Assembly (NCBI GenBank): GCA_013239625.1
Contig: MU053652.1
Span: 1,614,001-1,678,000 of the forward strand
DNA from: Lama guanicoe
Taxonomy: Eukaryota
Reading direction: 5' to 3'
DNA length: 64,000 nucleotides
In this document: positions 1-12,800 of the stretch, in pieces
How positions within the stretch are numbered: position 1 is the stretch's first letter
Layout: every line of letters starts with the position of its first letter
The notes under the pieces: model-generated
The model's input: only the letters and a program-made list of their open reading frames with translations
Database searches by the model: none
What the model was told of the DNA's origin: nothing
Position numbers and translations under genes: made by a program

Positions 1-1309
1 GTGTCTCCAGATGGAGGAAATGCGGCTAGAGTATCAGTGCTAACCTGAACTCCAGCAAGGTGGGGGCGGGGGCTTGCAGGTAATCGGATCACCACGTCAG
101 CTGGAAACCTCACACCTGCCAGAGAATTTCCTCTTCTCACCTTCCTGAGCCTTCCTGCTATGAGGTGTGCTACACGAAATTGAGGGCTGATGAAGGGGCA
201 GGGTCTGCCCCATTCCCATCCTCAGGGCTGTCTCTAGCCCTCCAGACCCTTGGCCTCCCAGTGCCCCGTATCTTGGGGCAGAGGTACCTTTAGCTACTCC
301 TTAGGGACCAGGAATTTTGAAGGGGAGTGAGACAAACAAAGAGCCTCAAACAAATGACTCCCATCATGGCTTCTTTTTTAGAGCAAGTGTTTGCTGAGAA
401 TGAAATCAACCCACCTAGCTTGTTATTTCTTAGTATTTTAAATAATGGTCTAGGAGTCTGATCTCCAGCACTGTGGTTCTGGATAACTTTGCCAGCTGTG
501 ATCTGGACACGATCTCTGAATGGCTTTTCCAGCCCCAATTAACGTCCACCCTGCTAGTCCCATTAACTCTCACCAGGAGCTTTCCTGTCCAGAGAGGGGA
601 GGCGGGCAAGCACTTAGCCTTACATACACCAGTCACTTGGGCTGCATCTCAGTTGCATGTGGGGCATTGGTTTTACACGTCCCTCCTCAGCAAACCTGCT
701 AATAAGATTATTTTCCCTTCCTCTCCCTCCCTCCACCCGCTTCAACCTGGCCCGACTCCTGGTCAGACCTTGATTACATGTCTCATTGATTCCATTCAGC
801 TATTTATTAATACACTAATTAGTATGTTCATTTAAAAAGGGTGACACTGCTTTTTAAAAATAAATGTACAGAGGTGCAGGTTAATGGAAATTTCTGTTTA
901 TTTAACATTGATGTCTGGTGTGAAGAGGATTAGTTTTGGATGTTAGAATGACACAAGGGTTTTTCCCGGGTTTAAATCACTGTCACTGACAGTCACTAAC
1001 ACCCTTTGAAAGGTGACACCTAGAATCATATTGCATTTTCCTTCAGTGATCACAGGCTCTCTCCACCCATTCGGGTAGGGAAACTTGCGGGTGGCCGAGA
1101 GGGTGTGGGGCTGGCTGTACACAGTCTTTCCCAGATGGCTCTGATTATCTATACGGATGGCTGGTTGTCACGGCAGAGACAAGTGAGGCGCTCTCACTGC
1201 TCTGCTTGTAGGGCTGTCTGGAACTTTGTAATTAAAGGTCTATGAATGGTTGGACATTGCTTTTCTATGGTAGGTTTGTTCTATTTGTTCTTGAGTTGCT
1301 CATGAATGA

Positions 1310-1740
1310 TATATTAGTCAGGGTAGGTGATTTCTGTAACAAACGGTCCCAAATATCAGTGGGTTTCCACATCACAGTCCAATATTGGTTAGTATGGGGT
1401 GGGGGCAGGCATTTTGCTCTGTGTAGTCAATCAGAAACCAAGGTTCCTTCCATCTTATGGCTCCACCATCTCTAGGGCTTCTGAGGTCCCCCTGGCACTT
1501 CTGTGTCTGCTTAGGAGAGGAGGAAAGAGAAAGCATATGAAGGTAGTTCCAGAGCTGGTGTGGGAACCTGGAGGCACCCAGGCTCACTGTCTTTAAGTCC
1601 AGCAGTCCTGGGACAAGGCACCGAGAGCCTTTCTCTATGTACAGGAGCCAAGGGCAGCTGCAGACCAGCCCAGAGACAAAGCAGGGCTGAGAGAGCTGCA
1701 GGACACTGCCCATCAGGAGAGAGAGTATGCAATGCTGCCT
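1310..1740. mobile_element. Old MaLR LTR (MLT1-like), degraded
   Basis: Starts atattagtcagggtagg...tgtaacaaac...aaatatcagtgg, like an MLT1 LTR end; subfamily and boundaries approximate. Confidence 0.5.
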
Positions 1741-2399
1741 ACTTTAGATCAAGGTAGACTTTCCTTGAGAAATCTTTCCTAACCTTGGTGGACAACAAAA
1801 CAGAGTTGTAAACTGAAAAAAGAAAGAAAGATAGCAAGTCAAAGAGAAGTTCATGAGATTCCAAAGGGAGTAGATCTGTCTTCCCGAAGTCTCTGGTGGA
1901 ATATTTTCCCTTTGGTTGGCAGGTGCTGGGCTCCTTGCACTGGGGCTAAATGGTGTCTTTATGTTACAGAGAGGAAAGCAGATTGATGTGTACGGGATGC
2001 TGGGAGCTGCTAGGGAAACTTGTTATTATGGGATGGATTGGTTTGGAAAGAGAGGAACTTAGAGAGGATGCAGCATCATTCATCCTTCATGGCCCTGGTG
2101 TTAACGAGTGAGTCTTAGCCGAGGGCACCATTATTGTGACATGGGCCCCTCCCTTCTGCTTTTCTCCAGTGACCTTCTAATTTTCCCCATGGCCCCTGGC
2201 AGCTTAGTGTATAGTTCTTGCATCCTCTGTCTCACTTCCAGATCATACATACCATATACACTCTGGCTGCCCTATAATAGTCTCCCTTAGTAAGCAGGTG
2301 TACCTACTGGACCACTGTCAAGGGTTAAGGCCACTTAGGAAGCTGACACTAATTGTGTTGGGAGTCAACTGGGCTTCCATGAAGAAGGCTGCAAAAATG

Positions 2400-2760
2400 C
2401 ACGCCGCAGTCTGGCAACATCTGCTAACACACAAAAAAACACAATTCCTGCTCCTGAGAATATACGTCTTGGAAATAACAGTACTAATATATAAGGATGT
2501 ATGTACAAGGATGTTTATAATGGCATCAGTCTTTGAGCCAAAAAGTGGGGAATGGGCTAAAGAGATCTCATACCCATTGATGGGGGAATGGCTGAATCAG
2601 TGATGGTACAGCCACAGCACGGAACACAGCCACCCCAAAACGAGATCACAGCTAAACCAGGTGACTTGGGGTTTTCTAAGGGAGGGAGAAAAGCATGTGG
2701 AATATGGCTCTGTGAGTCTGTTTGATTCTGAGCGTGGAGAGACACATGGAAGAGTACTTG
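2400..2760 (+). mobile_element. Old L1 (L1M-type) ORF2 3' remnant
   Basis: caattcctgctcctgagaatata...gtatgtacaaggatgtttat; ORF fragment DVCTRMFIMA resembles the L1 ORF2 C-terminal CT.MFIAA motif. Confidence 0.55.
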
Positions 2761-2849
2761 GATGTCAGCATTCTCCTGGAGAAGGGAGGTGAGAGAAAGG
2801 GGGACAGGAGAACGGAGAAGCTAAATAAAATACGAGTTTAGACTTCTTT

Positions 2850-3392
2850 CGTGCTGTAGAATGTGGGTAGCTATGGAAAGCATTGGGCAGGGAAGAAGCC
2901 TAATTCAGTTTACTTCTTAGAAAGATCAGGCTTGGGGGTTTGGTAGGTGGCGTAGAGAGGGAGGAATCTGGCATCAAGGAGTCAGGGAACTGTTACTGCA
3001 GTCTGGAGAAGAGGTGGTGAGGGCACTAGGCTCAGAGTCAATGGAAGGGATTGGAGGGAGGGTCCAGAAGTGGGTCAGAGGTTAATGAGCAGGACTTGAT
3101 GGTAATTAGATGAGACAGCTACCGGGCTGGGAGGACCACCTAGGTGGCGCTGCTCCAACAAAGGCAGAAGGAGCAGGTGTAGAAGAAACAGAGGCTGGTT
3201 CTTGATGAGCTGAGTTTGAGGTGCCTGTGAGACACTGAATGGAGATGTGCAGGGTGTGATGTGCACATGGACTGGAAGCCAGCAGGAAAGAGGACTGAGG
3301 TCCAGATGAGAGATGGGACGAGGGGCTGGAGGCAGAGACGTGGTCATTGCATGTGATTTGAGCCTTGGGCCAAGGTGGATTGCTGGGGTCAC
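2850..3392 (-). mobile_element. L2 LINE fragment
   Basis: Purine-rich antisense L2 pattern, e.g. gagtttgaggtgcctgtgagacactgaatggagatgt. Confidence 0.65.
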
Positions 3393-3395
3393 ATC

Positions 3396-3529
3396 TCGCT
3401 CTGCCTCCCAGTGAGTCTCTCTGGCAGAAACCTCAGGGAGGAGGCCAGAGGAGGTAATTATATCGCTCTGCCTCCCAGTGAGTCTCTCTGGCAGAAACCT
3501 CAGGGAGGAGGCCAGAGGAGGTAATTATA
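3396..3529. repeat. Perfect 67-bp tandem duplication (2 copies)
   Basis: tcgctctgcctcccagtgag...gaggaggtaattata at 3396-3462 and an identical copy at 3463-3529. Confidence 0.97.
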
Positions 3530-3682
3530 TATGGCAGAACTCAGTGCCTGTTGAATACAAAATAAAGTCATATTTTGGTTAAAACCCAAAAGATGATGAT
3601 TTTTTAAACCAGTGAGCTGCACTCAGGTCTCCTTTGAGTGTCCACTGATTGCCTCCTGCGGTTCCGGAAATGCCCACTGACA

Positions 3683-3732
3683 CCTCATTGCTGTGCACCC
3701 CGGGAGTCCTCATTGCTGTGCACCCCGGAAGT
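3683..3732. repeat. 25-bp tandem duplication (24/25 identical)
   Basis: cctcattgctgtgcaccccgg(g/a)agt twice. Confidence 0.92.
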
Positions 3733-6119
3733 CCCAGCCTGGAGGAGCCCTTCCCCCAGTCCTTCCCAGAGCCGAGGCCAGAACTCTGAAACTTTTCTGA
3801 CGAGTTAAAGTTAATGAAGGGAACAGGAGAGTAACACGAAGTGTAACTTACCCTGCTTCACAGTGGAAGGGTGGGCCCCTTACTTACCAGGTGCTTCAGG
3901 CCTCATTTCTGGGCAGTCTGACCACCCCCCCCCCACCAATCCCCAGAAGAAGGGCGTGGTCTCCCCCTGCTGTGCGGTGGCGGTACTCTGCGCTCCAACG
4001 GGAGACCCACATTCCAGCCCTCGTCTTCTTCCTAGGGAACGTGCACTCCCTTCAGAGGACACCCCCTCAGGTACAGGGGTGGGGTGTGGCCTTAAGGCAC
4101 CGATGTGGCCACAGGAGCAAAAGCAAGGTCGTCCAGCACTGGTCGGTTCCCGAAGTCTGGGTCGGTGTTTCGGGCTGCACCTGGATCTGGTTGCAGCCTC
4201 CCTCCCAGGAAAGGAGGCCCCGCCCACCTGTTCTGGCTCATTCCTAGCGCTCACTGTAACTCACACTCCGCACCACGAAAATGAACTGAGCGTTCAGAAA
4301 TCATTTTGGGGGGGGGAAAAAACACCCAGCCCCCAGGCTGCTCCCCAAACAAACAGAAAACCCGGGAGTGTTAAAGATGTAGCAGCCACTTAACCCTAAT
4401 AGCAGTTTGCAAGCCTGCTGAGAACATCTCCCTGCAGTCAGCGTCCTTTACTGTTTCCAGGACACCAAAGGGGTGGTGATTCAGGTAAATTCCTCCCAGA
4501 ATCAAGGAAATCAGTCCCCAGGGGTGTGTTGCTGTCCACTCATTTTCAAGGTTTTTCAAGAGTCTGTGATTCCACGTTTCAAAAAAATCTCAGGAGGGAC
4601 CACATATACCGAAGTCGCTGGGGTGGGGGCCCAGGTGGCCCATGGTTTAAAGTCCCCGAGGTGATTCTCACGTAGTCAAGTTCAGAGCCGTTGTGTGGCT
4701 GAACTAGGCAGTTCTGCTCTGCCCTCGGTACCTCAGAGGAAGTGAGCAGCTGATAAAGAGTTTGTGAAAGTCGAGATTAGGGTCCCTGGGGCCCCACTTT
4801 GCAGTGGTGGTGATGAGGATGCATTTTACTCATGCAGATTAGGAAAAAACAGATGGGTGCTTTGCACCCCATTTCTCGCTTTGAAAAAGGCTAGGTTGGG
4901 TATTTATTGGAAAGCGTGGTCTTGGTGTTTGGCAAGGACACGCCCAACTTTGGGTCAGAATAGGTGCTTCTGGGATGGGTGGTGGGAGCAGAACCCAGAC
5001 TGCCTGGTGTCCACCGCGCTGTTGTCAGTGTTGTCTGTTTCCACTTCTGTGCCCCGTCGCCTGCCCTCTCCGCCAAACAAAACCCACAAAGCTTTACAGA
5101 GTGATGGGACGTTGCAAAAGCAAATAAATAAGAACCTACCATGCACTTGAAATGGCCCTAGGCTTATCATAAAAATCCTTTCTCTGTCATCTGGAAGTTA
5201 GAATTACACTCTACTCTGAATTAATTTTGTACTAGGATTTAATTTGATGAAAGACGGAGGACCAGGCGAGCCTAGAACTCCACTTCCTACTATGACAACG
5301 AAGTGCTGTTTAACACCCGGGGCTCTCCAGACCCCTCGCAAACCCCACCGGATTTGGGACGTGGCATTCCTAGAAACTCTTTTGAGCCCTTCCAAAGCGA
5401 GGCTTTGTCTGGCTTCACGATCTCCCTACCCGCGGCCCTGGAATGAAGCCACCAATTCAAAGGGCTCTGTTTGGCTGGGTGTTTTCTTCGGTTTCACGTT
5501 TTGTTCGACAGCATTAGATGTGCTCCCACTCAGACTCCCTGGGGCCCGGGTGTGCGTCAGTGACGGCTTTCTGTCCTAATTTGATCATGGCGATCTTGGG
5601 ATCTAGAGTCCTGGCTACAAAGAGAGGTGCTCTCAGTTTCTCATCATCCCCAGGGCTCATTTACGAGCTGCTGCATAGGCTGGAATACAGAGCAGCCAAA
5701 AGAATAGAAATCCAGGCGACCAACAAACTCTCTTGTTATCTTCACCCCTGATTTGATTTTCCTGGTGGGTGTTGGTGGGGTCCTGATGGCGTTTACCCCT
5801 CCCCTGTCTTCTCTGTGGTTCTGGAAAGCCCGTCTTTTGGCTCTTCTGCACGGTAGACCCATGAGTCAGAATCCCTGAAACAGCTCTGCTTCTCGCAAAG
5901 CAATCCCACGAGGAGCCCTATATATAGCTCCCAGTCTCTCCTCTTGACCTCTGCTGCCCGCCAAGCCCTCAGCCATCCCCGCATGCCTTCAGGAGGACCT
6001 TGGCAAAGGGATGGGAGGAACTACACTGGCATGGAGGGGATGTTTGTTAAGTGATGTTCAAAGACCTAGAAACAAGCAGAGATGTAGCCATGAGAAGGAT
6101 TAAGGAAGGAACATGCTGC

Positions 6120-6325
6120 GGGCTTAAAGGCAAAGACTCTGGGGTCAGATGTGGGTGCCATTCGGTCGTACCACGTCCTAGCTTGGGCCAGTTACTGAAA
6201 CCTCTCTGAGGTTACTTCTTCATCTGTGAAATGGGATCACGATCATTTCCTTACAGGGTTAAGTGAGATGATGCCTGTGAAGCGCTCAGCACTGATGCCT
6301 GGCCCAGAGCAAGCATTGTTTGAAT
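6120..6325 (+). mobile_element. MIR SINE
   Basis: cttgggccagttactgaaacctctctgag...cttcatctgtgaaatggga...gggttaagtgagatgatgcctgtgaagcgctcagcac matches the MIR core. Confidence 0.75.
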
Positions 6326-6589
6326 AACATGGCCTAGTACCTCTTCCCTTTGGAAAGGATTTCCAGCTTTAAATGATCTCTGTGAACTGGAATCAGGGAG
6401 AATATATCACCATGGGGCTAGTCCGCTTTAACCCAGTTTACTCTTTCAAGAGAGGAAGCATTTGAAAAATGAAAGTGTTTTTCAGGACACTTGCAACGAG
6501 GTGGCAAACTTCAGGACTCCCTTTTCTTGAAGAGGGCTATTCTGGTATGTGACCTGCTCATTCTCATTTTGTGACTCTCATGGGTTGAC

Positions 6590-6785
6590 CCCATGGTTTC
6601 CAAGCCCTGTTTATCCTAAGAGTCTCCTAAGGAATTTTTTAAAAAATTATAGATTCCCAGGCCTGATCCCAGGTTTACTGAATCAGAGCCTCCAAGGGTG
6701 TTGAGAGTAGAGGGTGAGGATGGACAGCCTCTTGGAAAGGGTTTCAAGAAGCCCCTGACGATCAGTCAGTTTAGGAAGCCCACGG
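6590..6785. mobile_element. MER5-type hAT DNA transposon remnant
   Basis: aaaaattatagattcccaggcctgatcccaggtttactgaatcaga is typical MER5 internal sequence. Confidence 0.5.
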
Positions 6786-8008
6786 CAAGGTCCCTGTCAC
6801 AGGAGTCCAGGACACTGGCGAGGAAGGTGCTTTAGCCATTCCCATCAGTGGCGTTTCCTCTCCTCTGTTCTCCAGTGTCTCCTTAAAAACTCCGCAGTCT
6901 AGGGCTTATCAGTGTCTGCGCGCTTCTGGTCCTGAATCTAGATGAGTGTCTGGTCCTGAATTGACGGTGGCCCTTTGGGGCCACAGTAGTACCGTGTTCT
7001 GGAGATAAGCTTACAGATGGCTTCTACTGGCATTTGACTTTCATCTGGACTTTTAACTCTGACCTATGTGTTGGATTCCCTTCTCTTTCAGCAGTGCAGC
7101 GTGGGGAACCCGCTGGGGCTGGCAGAGCGGGGACGAGAGACCAAGACCACCTCAAGCAAATCCATGTCAGCGCTGTGCCCTTTCTCCTCTTCCCCTTTTC
7201 TCTCTTGTCTTCAAATCTCCTTGTCAAGACTCTTCCCAGCTGAGGCCCTGGAGAGCAGGGAGGGGAAGAGGAGGAAAAGCATGAGGTTGTGTGTGGTGTG
7301 GGTGTCCCACCTCGACCCTTCCTTACTTCCTCTTCATTTTTCTGCTCAGGTGGAAAAGAGTGACACTTGGGCCTGATGCTCATGGCTCCCGCTAAAGCAA
7401 GAGTGATTACTCTCTGCTGATCCTTCCAGGAAAGCGCGTCTGGAGGGTTTCCCTGATGTCTGTAAGAGCCTCTGCAGGGAGAACAGACTCTGGGAGATAC
7501 ACTGGGTTATTTTGTCCCTGTTTCGTTTTCTGCTTCTCAAGGATAGGTTTTAGATGTTGTGAGGAAATACTTGGGAATCATGTTAGTTTTATCCCTCTTA
7601 CAAATTCTGGAAACTCAAGGGAGAGACATAAGAGCCTCAAATCTATGAATTTCCAAGGGTCTTTAAGGACTCTGGCAGATCAGCAAGGACCTCAGTAAGG
7701 CATATCCCCTTCTCAGCAGTGAGTGCGCTGAGCCAGGGGGGTGTGCTTCCTGTGGGAGCGGTGGAGTCCGCCCCTGACCTGACAGCGGGAAAGTGAGACT
7801 GGATCCCTGTGAAGGGTCTTGGAAATGGGGGTCTTCCTCCCCCTTCCTAGGAGGAGCCAGAGGGCTATACTTAATGGACTAGGGGGCCACTGGCTCCTTT
7901 TGCATCTGAGGGTTGACTGATTCTATTCTGAGATAGAAAGGAGAGGGTCTTTCCAGGTATGGCTGAGAAACATCCTAAAGTTTAGTGAGTCTCAAATCGG
8001 TTCTAAAC

Positions 8009-8270
8009 CAGTGGTTCTCAACCATGACTGGTAATTGGAAACCCATGAGCCAGAGCACATTTGGGTTTCATTTACGTGAACAGAATATTTTGCTGTGGCC
8101 AACATTTAAAGATCAAGAGATTTCATGTGAAATATGGTTTTTACACGTCTGTAGAAATATAGGCATAGCTGAGAACTCGGAGCCTCTCTTCCCACATGGC
8201 AACAACCGGAAGTAGCAAGGGGCTGCTGGAGGACACACGCTCTCCAGTTTGCAAAGCTGCGTGCCCTCTG
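8009..8270. mobile_element. hAT-Charlie non-autonomous element (MER102-like)
   Basis: hAT-type terminus cagtggttctcaacc at 8009; ttcccacatggcaacaa...cgctctccagtttgc resembles MER102. Confidence 0.45.
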
Positions 8271-11179
8271 CCTGGCTCACTGTGTTCATTTGTGCTATTT
8301 GCCTTGCTTGCCTGGAGCCCTGAGTTGTTACTTGAGTCTGGGAGCCCTGCCCGTGTCACAGGAACCACCTACAGGTCTGTTATCTAGATTTCTGATTCCT
8401 TATGCCCTGAGTGGCTCTGATTCTGCTGCAGGAAATTGCACTTTGAGAAATACTGGCCCAAAGCTCAAGGCACAGCTTCCCCTGAGGTTGAGCATGTGAC
8501 CTCCACAAAGAAGTGCAGGCGAATCCCACCCAGGAGAGCGGCTTCAAATCTCCCCATCAATTCCGGAGTGGGAACAGATGCAAAGGCATCTTTCCTTTCC
8601 CTTCTCTGGAGCCCAGGGGTCTCAGGTGGGGGTAGAACATAGGTCACACAGCTGAATTCTGTTTGGGCACCTGTGGGTGTGGGCTTGACACTGCCACCTT
8701 CTTTGTGGCTCTGCTTAATAAACAAAACGTGCTTCAGTGAGGCTTCCAGGAGAAACTGAATGCCACTCATGCCCCACTCACTGATCAAGATGGAAGCCCA
8801 GCTTTAGGGCCCGGACAGCTGGAGAGTGATTTCCGAAGAGTCAGGAGTGTAGCCCGGCTTGGGCCAGAAGCAAGCAATGGAGGGAAGACCAACACATAGA
8901 GATTTACTGCTTCCTTCATTGGCCAGGGGCTTCCGGAGGAAATTCTAAACTCTATCTGGGGTAGACAGATGGAAATAGAGAGAATTCACACTTCTTCAGG
9001 GCCCAGAGATTAGAGGAGCTAAGAGAATAAACCACACTATGAAGATCTCTAATGAGTGTCCCCTCCCGGATGCTATAATTTTTTGTGGTCTTGGAAGCAT
9101 CCATTTCCACACATCTGCCTTCAAACTTTTTCTTTGCAGTGTCGCTATTGCTTTGTATTCCCAAGATCAGCTTTGTATTCCTGAAGTTGGAGCTGGAGGA
9201 ATGGCCCCCGGTCCTTGAGTGGTGCTCAGAACATCACAGAGGGAAATGACATATTTCTGTGCGCTGTTCTAGGTGCCTTGTCCACTGAGGACAGTTTTTA
9301 AAGCCATGGTTGGACTAGCTAGTGGTGACTGGGGTTATCAGAGATGACTGGCCACAGCACTGTTCAGTTTCCAGGGTTGGTAGGTTACTGGTCATCCCCT
9401 TCCATGTCCCAGCCTTACCTCTGAACAGGCAGAGTTATTCCATCAGTCAGCAAGAATACACCCGGCCACCTCCTGCTGGGTCCTTGCCCTTGGGTTCTGG
9501 GGAGCTTTGTGGTGGATGGTGTCAGCCAGTCTGCCAACATTTCCCAACCCCAACAACACTCTTGACTTTTCTTAGCCTCCTCTATCCTATTATACTTCTT
9601 AACACCTTCCTCCCAACTTAATCTCTTATCCTCACCTTCCTTCCTTTCCTGCAGAAAACACAGGAAAGTCATGTAGCCCTCCCTTTCTCAGGAGTCTGGA
9701 AATCCAACTGCTATTTTGCCTTTTTATGGAATTAAGGCTTTGAGAGGGAAAAAGTCAGAACACAGTCACAGGGGCAGGAGGACCCTCGTTGGGACTATGT
9801 CATGGGAAAGTTAGAAAAACACTGTGTCAGTCCCTTGCCTTGCTCTCAGTTGGCAAAACGTTTAAGAATTATTTGAAGAGAAGTGATGCCTGGCTTGCTC
9901 TCCTCATCCCAGCAATCTCAGTTCAACAATTCTGGTGTTTACTGAGTGTCTCCTATAAGCCGGGCTGGGGTTCAGTGGCGAATCAGCATTATGGTCCCAC
10001 CCTCAGGGAGCTTATGATCTACCCCTGGGACATTTTGGCCCAGGCCTCACTGTGCCTCAGTATTTCCCAACCCTCTAGCACACCTACATTCTGACTTTCC
10101 TTGGGTTAAATTAAAGCTGCCCACAGGAGCCGAAGATGTGATGGCAGGACATGGGGTCCTTTTGGGAGAATTAGGAATTTTTTGAGCCCAGACGATACTG
10201 GGAGAGGGATCAGCATGCTCTTAAACCCCAGGTCTGAAGAGGGAAAGGAATCTTGGACCAGAACAGAAAGAGGAAAGCACATGTGCTTTTTGCCGATCTC
10301 ATTGATTTGGTGCAGACAATTAATAAAAAAGGCAGGAACGGACAGGTTACGTATGCGTGGTGAGCTCTGCCTGATGTGGCCGTGCTGCTCTCCTCCATCC
10401 GTAGCACGATCGATGCCAAGCTCGGTAATTTATTTATGAAATTATATAGCCTTCCTCGAGTAGTATTTTACTTTTATTTTATTTCATCTCCCAGATCCCC
10501 ACAGTGAAAGCAGAAGCTGTTTCCTCACAGGTAGCTACCTTTTGACACTCATTCATATAAATGGGAGGGAGGATGGGAAGAAGTACCTGAGGAAGGTATT
10601 TCTGAGGAAAGGAAGACGCGATGATAGTTTAAAGGTTTACGTTTCCATTGGATTCGGTCTCTTCCCAGAAACCTGGGAAGTTAACCCTAGTGAACACTGG
10701 TACCACTCAGTGGAGCCGATGATGACAGTCCTAGGAGTCCCCGAGGACCACCTGTCACATGGTGATGAGTTTGTACCTCTCGCCTTCTGCACACTTCAAT
10801 CCATTTCTGTGCACTTCATTGTCAGTGCAACTTCCTGGCTTGCGTTCCCATGCCCCAGGATCTCTGGTTATTAACAAAAGGTGCTGAGAGCCTTCTCCTT
10901 GCCCCAAACAAGAATCGTGCTGCCAACTAATGTCACTTTGAGAATCTCTGATATCACAAAATGGGGTGACTTCCTTCCCCTCAAGAGCTTGTCCCCCGTG
11001 CCTGATCACATGGTGCTGTGAGTGGATGTATTCCAGTGACAGGTTCTGTAGTCTCTTCTGAGTTTTCTGGGTTGGAGCATAGCCACTGTCACTACCTTCA
11101 AACCGAGATTCATCCTTGGCTTATCTCAGGACCATGGGGAGGAGGGGTGAGTTATGGCTTAGACCCCCTACTCCCTATT

Positions 11180-11700
11180 CCTCTGTGTTTGAGTTCCCAC
11201 ATTCAAAACCTCAGCGCCATCATTGGTTCTTCTTTTTCCTTCAACCCCACTCAGTTCATGGCTAATCATATTCTACTTTTCCTCCTAATTTTTTTCATCT
11301 GGTTTTCTCCCCATGTTTTAATTCCTGTCTCTGGCTTCTGGTTGGTGCACCCCACACACAAGGACATCCCCCCTTCCCTGTCTTCCTAGTCTCATCAACA
11401 CTACCCTGTTCAGATATGCTTACCTCTTCTCTATGAGTTTGATAAAGCCTGTTAACTTTCTTCCCTGATTTTAGTCTCATTCTCAGCAATCTGTTTGGCG
11501 CTTAAGTGCCCAATTCTTCAAGTATAGCTTTCAGGTTACCACACCTTTGCTCAAGAATCTTCAGTGGCTCCCCAAAGATTATTGAATATCTTTCCTCTTA
11601 AACCTAGCATTCAAAGTTATCCATGTTTTGGAATCAGCCTGTACTTTGGCTATATCTTTTACTTTCACCCTAACATAAATCTAATGTTCCCGTCAAATCA
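11180..11700 (+). mobile_element. L2 LINE fragment
   Basis: cacacctttgctcaagaatcttcagtggctcccc...cctagcattcaaag matches L2 3' region; resumes near 12830-12960 and 13160-13350. Confidence 0.55.
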
Positions 11701-11711
11701 TGTACTATTTA

Positions 11712-12800
11712 TGGGGCTTTTGCTTCTGGTAATGGCAGACTAGGTAATTCAGACTGGCCCATCTCAGAGGAAAATTCAGAAAGTAAGAAAGATATTTTCA
11801 GAAGTATCCTTGAAGACATATAAAAGCTAACAAAGTGGGGAATTTTTACAGGGCCAACTTTTAGAAGAAGACAGAAATCAGGAGGTAAGTTACCTGAGGG
11901 GTAAGACTTTTTTCTGATTTCTAGAGATGTAGCTGAGGGTCTAAGAATTGTATTTCATAGCCTCCTGGGGTTAGAGGACAAAAGCTGGAGTTCAAGACCT
12001 ATCTAGGTGGGGGTATTTTACGGTAAGACTATAAGTAAATCAACCCCTGCAAATTCTCAGGTCTAGCTTTGAATCACTTGAGTAGCTGAGAAAAATCTCA
12101 GTTCCTGAAATGGAATTAATGTTACACCATATTGCAAGGCAGAAGCATTAGAATACTGCCTGGAGTAAGATAACATTATCCTAGTTATCAAATTATTCCT
12201 ACCAACAAATCTTTGAATACAATGTCCAGCATACAACCAAAGATAAGCTAGTATGCAAGGAAACAGGTAAATATGGATAAGAACCAGCAGAAATTTTAGA
12301 CTTGCAGGTTTTCTGGATACTGCAATTATAAGGCACTAGCTTTACCTTGCTTACTATGTTCAAGTAGAAATAAGATAAAATTAAAAAGCCTGGCAGCAAG
12401 CTAGAAACTATAAAAAAAAATGTAGATTTGAAACAAGAACCAAAATGATAATCCAGAACTGAAAAATACAGCAACTGAAATTAAGAACTCAATGGATGGG
12501 TTTTAAAAGAATTTAGACATAGCTGAAGAGATAATTAAAAAGTGAGGGCCAGAGCAAAAGAAGCCATCCAAAATGAAGGATAAAACATACAGAAAGTGGG
12601 ATAAGAGATAGCAAGAAGGTCTTAACATACTTAATTGGATTTCTACAAAGAGAGAGAATGGGGAAGAAGTATTATTTGAAGCAGTAGTGGCTAGGAATTT
12701 TCTAAAACTGAGGAAGATATCAAAACATAGATTCAACGAGGACTACGAACTTCAAGCAGGATGAATAAAAAGAAATCTACATTCAGACATGTCATAAGTG
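11712..12800 (+). mobile_element. Old L1 (L1M/L1ME-type) 5' region and ORF1 remnant
   Basis: A-rich strand with ccagaactgaaaaatacagcaactgaaattaagaactcaatggatggg...gacatagctgaagag and ataaaaagaaatctacattcagaca, typical of degraded L1 ORF1. Confidence 0.7.
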
